Below are positions 12,654-15,191 of a stretch of DNA of 15,191 bases, in pieces. A model generated the notes under the pieces. That model searched no databases. It worked only from the letters and a program-made list of their open reading frames with translations, and had not been told where the DNA came from. The DNA comes from a virus, in IMG/VR virus record IMGVR_UViG_3300050821_002957, positions 1 through 15,191 of that record. The stretch is one strand, 5' to 3'. Made by a program: the position numbers and the translations under genes. Numbering within the stretch: the stretch's first letter is position 1; every line of letters begins with the position of its first letter.

Positions 12654-13238
12654 ATGGAAACGTACAACGTAGCTGACCTGATGGAACAGATGAAATCTGG
12701 CCGTTATCAATATGGCATGGGCAATTCGACTACGAGCATCATCCGTTCGATCACCGAAACGGACGGCAAGTACTTAGTCGTTGGTGACACGTTTGCCTGC
12801 TCTGGTGACGAGAATCTTCAACTTTCGGTCACGCCGATCCTGGTACAATTGAAGCCGATGGTCGAAGATTACTTTTCCGGGGAATGCGCCGCTTTCGAGA
12901 CCCTGGCTGAGGCTCTAAAACACGCCAGTGTCAAACGGATCACTGGACGCATCCTGACGGCCACCGACGAATTCAAATTGAAAGCTGGAGTGGTCGAGAA
13001 AAAGAAGTTCTCGAAGAAACGCCTGGAAGCAGTCCTGGAGCAGAACGGATTCGGAAAGAGCGTAAGCTACGAGGCGTATGGACGTGACGTGCGTGCTTTC
13101 ATCGGAACTGACAAACGGACGCAACTGGAAGCGTTTCTGCGCCTTCTGGGGCAGTCTGTAGACGAGTCCTACGCTCCTGGTCGCAACGTCGTCGAGTGCA
13201 AAGTGACTTTCTTCAAGGCATGGCACTGGGATGAGTAG
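12654..13238 (+). CDS. hypothetical protein (194 aa)
   Basis: Leaderless ORF. No motif recognised. Confidence 0.55.
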   Translation: METYNVADLMEQMKSGRYQYGMGNSTTSIIRSITETDGKYLVVGDTFACSGDENLQLSVTPILVQLKPMVEDYFSGECAAFETLAEALKHASVKRITGRILTATDEFKLKAGVVEKKKFSKKRLEAVLEQNGFGKSVSYEAYGRDVRAFIGTDKRTQLEAFLRLLGQSVDESYAPGRNVVECKVTFFKAWHWDE

Positions 13239-13396
13239 ATCCGAACTGCGCCGGATGTCAATGGCGAAACTGATCGATCTCGCACAGGAAAATGAAATCT
13301 TCGTCTGGTTCGATGCCCACCGGGAAGGCATTTTGGAAGCGCTGGTGGACAAGCTGGTCGAAGAAAAAAGTGACGTTTGGTGTGCATATTTTTAGA
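13231..13396 (+). CDS. small hypothetical protein (54 aa)
   Basis: ATG 13231 overlaps the end of the previous gene by 8 nt. MSRSELRRMSMAKLIDLAQENEIFVWFDAHREGILEALVDKLVEEKSDVWCAYF. Its stop TAG is the first triplet of the next palindrome. Confidence 0.35.
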
Positions 13397-13439
13397 TGCA
13401 TCTATTGACTTTGGGGCCGATCTGCGGTAGACTTTAAGT
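13393..13439 (+). promoter_or_regulatory. conserved early-promoter cassette, copy 5 (perfect palindrome)
   Basis: TAGATGCATCTA (13393-13404), -35 TTGACT (13405-13410), 17-nt spacer, -10 TAGACT (13428-13433), ATG 13440. Confidence 0.6.
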
Positions 13440-13700
13440 ATGAAAGCGATCAACACTTGGAAGATGGCAAACGGACAGACCGCAGAATTGCTTGGCGTTT
13501 GGGAAGAGAAACAATCATGGGGCGCTACTTGGAAGATGAACCTAGAGCGCTACAAGAGTACCAAAACCGAACGCACTTTACGGTACTTGATTTGCCACGA
13601 AGGTGGTCAATCGTATCTGGTGGGTGAATACAAATCTCTCAAAGCTGCATTGAAAGACATGGCTTCGTTTTCCAACTACACAAAGAAAGTGACGGCATAA
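13440..13700 (+). CDS. hypothetical protein (86 aa)
   Basis: Leaderless ORF downstream of cassette 5. Confidence 0.5.
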   Translation: MKAINTWKMANGQTAELLGVWEEKQSWGATWKMNLERYKSTKTERTLRYLICHEGGQSYLVGEYKSLKAALKDMASFSNYTKKVTA

Positions 13701-13704
13701 TTCC

Positions 13705-14103
13705 ATGAGCAAAACATACCGCAACACTCTGTTAGATGCACCCAAGCCAGAAGCACTCACCGTCCAGGTTCTCTATACGACTTACGGTGGCGTCGTTTCT
13801 GACTGCACCAACGGTGGCGTGACGGCCAAGTCTGAACGGGTTATCCTGGTCCCCATCGGCGCAGATGTTCCGACCGATTCCAAGCTGCCGGTGCTCAAGG
13901 TGGTTTGTCGTTATTTTGGTGGTCTTTCATACCTGCACGCAGAGCCAGTGACACCCGTAGGCAAAAATCTGATCGGCTACATGGCTGGTGGCAATTTCGT
14001 CTACTCCTGTGACAGCCGTTTCCGTACCTGGGTTTCTCAGTATCCGATCAGCGTCCATGATCGTGTCGAGACGCAGGCACAGTACAATTCGCTTTCGGTC
14101 TAA
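13705..14103 (+). CDS. hypothetical protein (132 aa)
   Basis: ORF 4 nt after the previous stop. Confidence 0.5.
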   Translation: MSKTYRNTLLDAPKPEALTVQVLYTTYGGVVSDCTNGGVTAKSERVILVPIGADVPTDSKLPVLKVVCRYFGGLSYLHAEPVTPVGKNLIGYMAGGNFVYSCDSRFRTWVSQYPISVHDRVETQAQYNSLSV

Positions 14104-14107
14104 CCAT

Positions 14108-14245
14108 ATGTCAAAACGTTGGCCCAAAACCACTCGAAAGACTTTGATTCCCGAACTTAAAGCACTCTGGCCCATGTTCACCATTGCTGCATTTGCAGTT
14201 GTTGCTATCTTCTTCACAGCTTGGTATACGTCGGTACAAAAATGA
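14108..14245 (+). CDS. mini membrane protein (45 aa, one TM helix)
   Basis: MSKRWPKTTRKTLIPELKALWPMFTIAAFAVVAIFFTAWYTSVQK. ATGA coupling to the next gene. The ORF-track entry 13988-14245 is this frame extended upstream into the previous gene. Confidence 0.35.
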   Translation: MSKRWPKTTRKTLIPELKALWPMFTIAAFAVVAIFFTAWYTSVQK

Positions 14246-14835
14246 AAACTTTCACACCAGAAACCACCAAGATCCTTACCACCGAATTGAACGTGGCATT
14301 GGAATTCGTCAACGGAATTTTTCCCTTGATTCCTCTCGCCCGGATCGTCGAACTGATCAATGCGTACAATCTCGACGCAAGTCAGATTGTTCATCAACTC
14401 GGACCAGACAATGGGCGTATGGTCGTGCCGGTCGCCGCCGACATCTTCTTTGTCATGTCCTGGTATCGCTTTGAGACTGGTACATTTGAAATTGTCTGCT
14501 ACGCCACCAGCAACTTCGATGATTACGAGAAACCTTTCACCGCAGTCTACAAGGCACAAGAAAGAGCCGCTCGTCTGCGTCGTCTGAATTCTACGCTTCG
14601 TAATCTTCCTCCTTATTTCAACGGCAAGGGTCATGCTTTTGCTTGTGTCGAGAACCATATCATCAGCGCCGGGTTTGATCATCGAGAGTTTCAAGACGAT
14701 ACGACTAGCGGCAAATTTAGTTGTATGGGTGAGCAAGGCCGGATCATGTCGGACATCAGCAACAATGCTTTTATTGTCGTAACATGGTACAAGATGCCGT
14801 CAGGAAATTACGAGATCATTGCATATGCCAGCTAA
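14242..14835 (+). CDS. hypothetical protein with an internal duplication
   Basis: The ORF-track start is 14221. ATG 14242 overlaps the upstream TGA. The two halves share DIFFVMSWYRFETGTFEIVCYATS and NAFIVVTWYKMPSGNYEIIAYAS. Confidence 0.55.
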   Translation: MKTFTPETTKILTTELNVALEFVNGIFPLIPLARIVELINAYNLDASQIVHQLGPDNGRMVVPVAADIFFVMSWYRFETGTFEIVCYATSNFDDYEKPFTAVYKAQERAARLRRLNSTLRNLPPYFNGKGHAFACVENHIISAGFDHREFQDDTTSGKFSCMGEQGRIMSDISNNAFIVVTWYKMPSGNYEIIAYAS

Positions 14836-15191
14836 AACAGCACACCAAATCAAATTGATCAAAAAGATCACTCACCTAAAGACTGCAATCGAAGCTGGTG
14901 ACACCACTTTGCAGCTAGAATTGAAGAAGCTAGAAAACGATCTGAAAAGTTCTCTTGGATCGGTCGGACAAAAAAAGAAACAACAAAAACCAAAGCCGGT
15001 CCAGGTCAATCACGCCTGCCGAGATGCAGTGACCGGAGAATGGAAGCTGTGTGAAGTCTGCCAAGGCCGAGTCCACAAACACGGCTGTAAGACAATCAAG
15101 AAAGAGTGGGATTGCTGCAAAAAGCGTCATACCAAGATGGGTCTGGAGTGGGTGGGAAAGTCAGACGCCGACTACTACGAACGCAAGACGA
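14825..15191 (+). CDS. Cys/His-rich protein, 5' partial (runs off the window end)
   Basis: ATG 14825 overlaps the end of the previous gene. MPAKTAHQIKLIKK...HACRDAVTGEWKLCEVCQGRVHKHGCKTIKKEWDCCKKRH... stays open to the end of the window. Confidence 0.45.
   Translation, partial: MPAKTAHQIKLIKKITHLKTAIEAGDTTLQLELKKLENDLKSSLGSVGQKKKQQKPKPVQVNHACRDAVTGEWKLCEVCQGRVHKHGCKTIKKEWDCCKKRHTKMGLEWVGKSDADYYERKT

Noticed and set aside
948-13439. Possibility that the repeated roughly 40-bp cassette is a CRISPR array or a dispersed MITE-like repeat
   Set aside because: The copies are 0.5-9 kb apart with no regular spacing, and each precedes an ATG at a fixed distance. They contain canonical -35 and -10 hexamers, so they are promoters, not CRISPR repeats or transposon ends.
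1-15191. Alternative genetic code (stop-codon reassignment), given the phage-encoded release factor and many tRNAs
   Set aside because: The predicted genes end at ordinary TAA/TAG/TGA stops and tile the region with the usual short overlaps. Apart from the single programmed UGA, I saw no in-frame stop inside a conserved domain. No tRNA with anticodon CUA, UCA or UUA was found (the UAU species is noted separately).

Overview
The window looks like a phage early/accessory region: about 47% GC, almost entirely plus-strand, densely packed with small genes that often overlap by ATGA or TAATG. Two things organise it. (1) A promoter cassette recurs at least five times: a 12-bp palindrome TAGAT(A/G)CATCTA abutting a TTGAC(A/T) -35, a 17-bp spacer, a -10 (often TGGTAG/TGGTAA), and an ATG 6-7 nt after the -10, so these transcripts should be leaderless. 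Related cassettes lack the palindrome. (2) A dispersed tRNA island holds nine tRNA or tRNA-like genes I folded by hand: Arg CCG, ACG, UCU and CCU; Lys UUU and CUU; Val UAC; an Ile-like GAU; and an odd long-variable-arm tRNA with anticodon UAU. The island is interrupted by a minus-strand HNH endonuclease; a plus-strand GIY-YIG/NUMOD homing endonuclease lies about 0.8 kb upstream of it. Translation- and RNA-related genes accompany the island. The most striking is an RF1-type class-I release-factor homolog (PxT and GGQ motifs) that lacks domain 1 and is split across two frames at a textbook prfB-style +1 frameshift site, GGAGGGG-T-CUU-UGA-G. There is also a GatB/YqeY-domain protein, a YhaM-like HD phosphohydrolase and a T4-Pnk-like P-loop kinase domain. 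Other calls are a NADAR/YbiA-family protein (candidate anti-DarT), a ribbon-helix-helix regulator, a membrane protein with a (G/D)-repeat acidic tail, several Zn-ribbon mini-proteins and many hypothetical small ORFs. I saw no CRISPR array, rRNA or integrase. All calls come from reading the sequence; none has been checked against a database.
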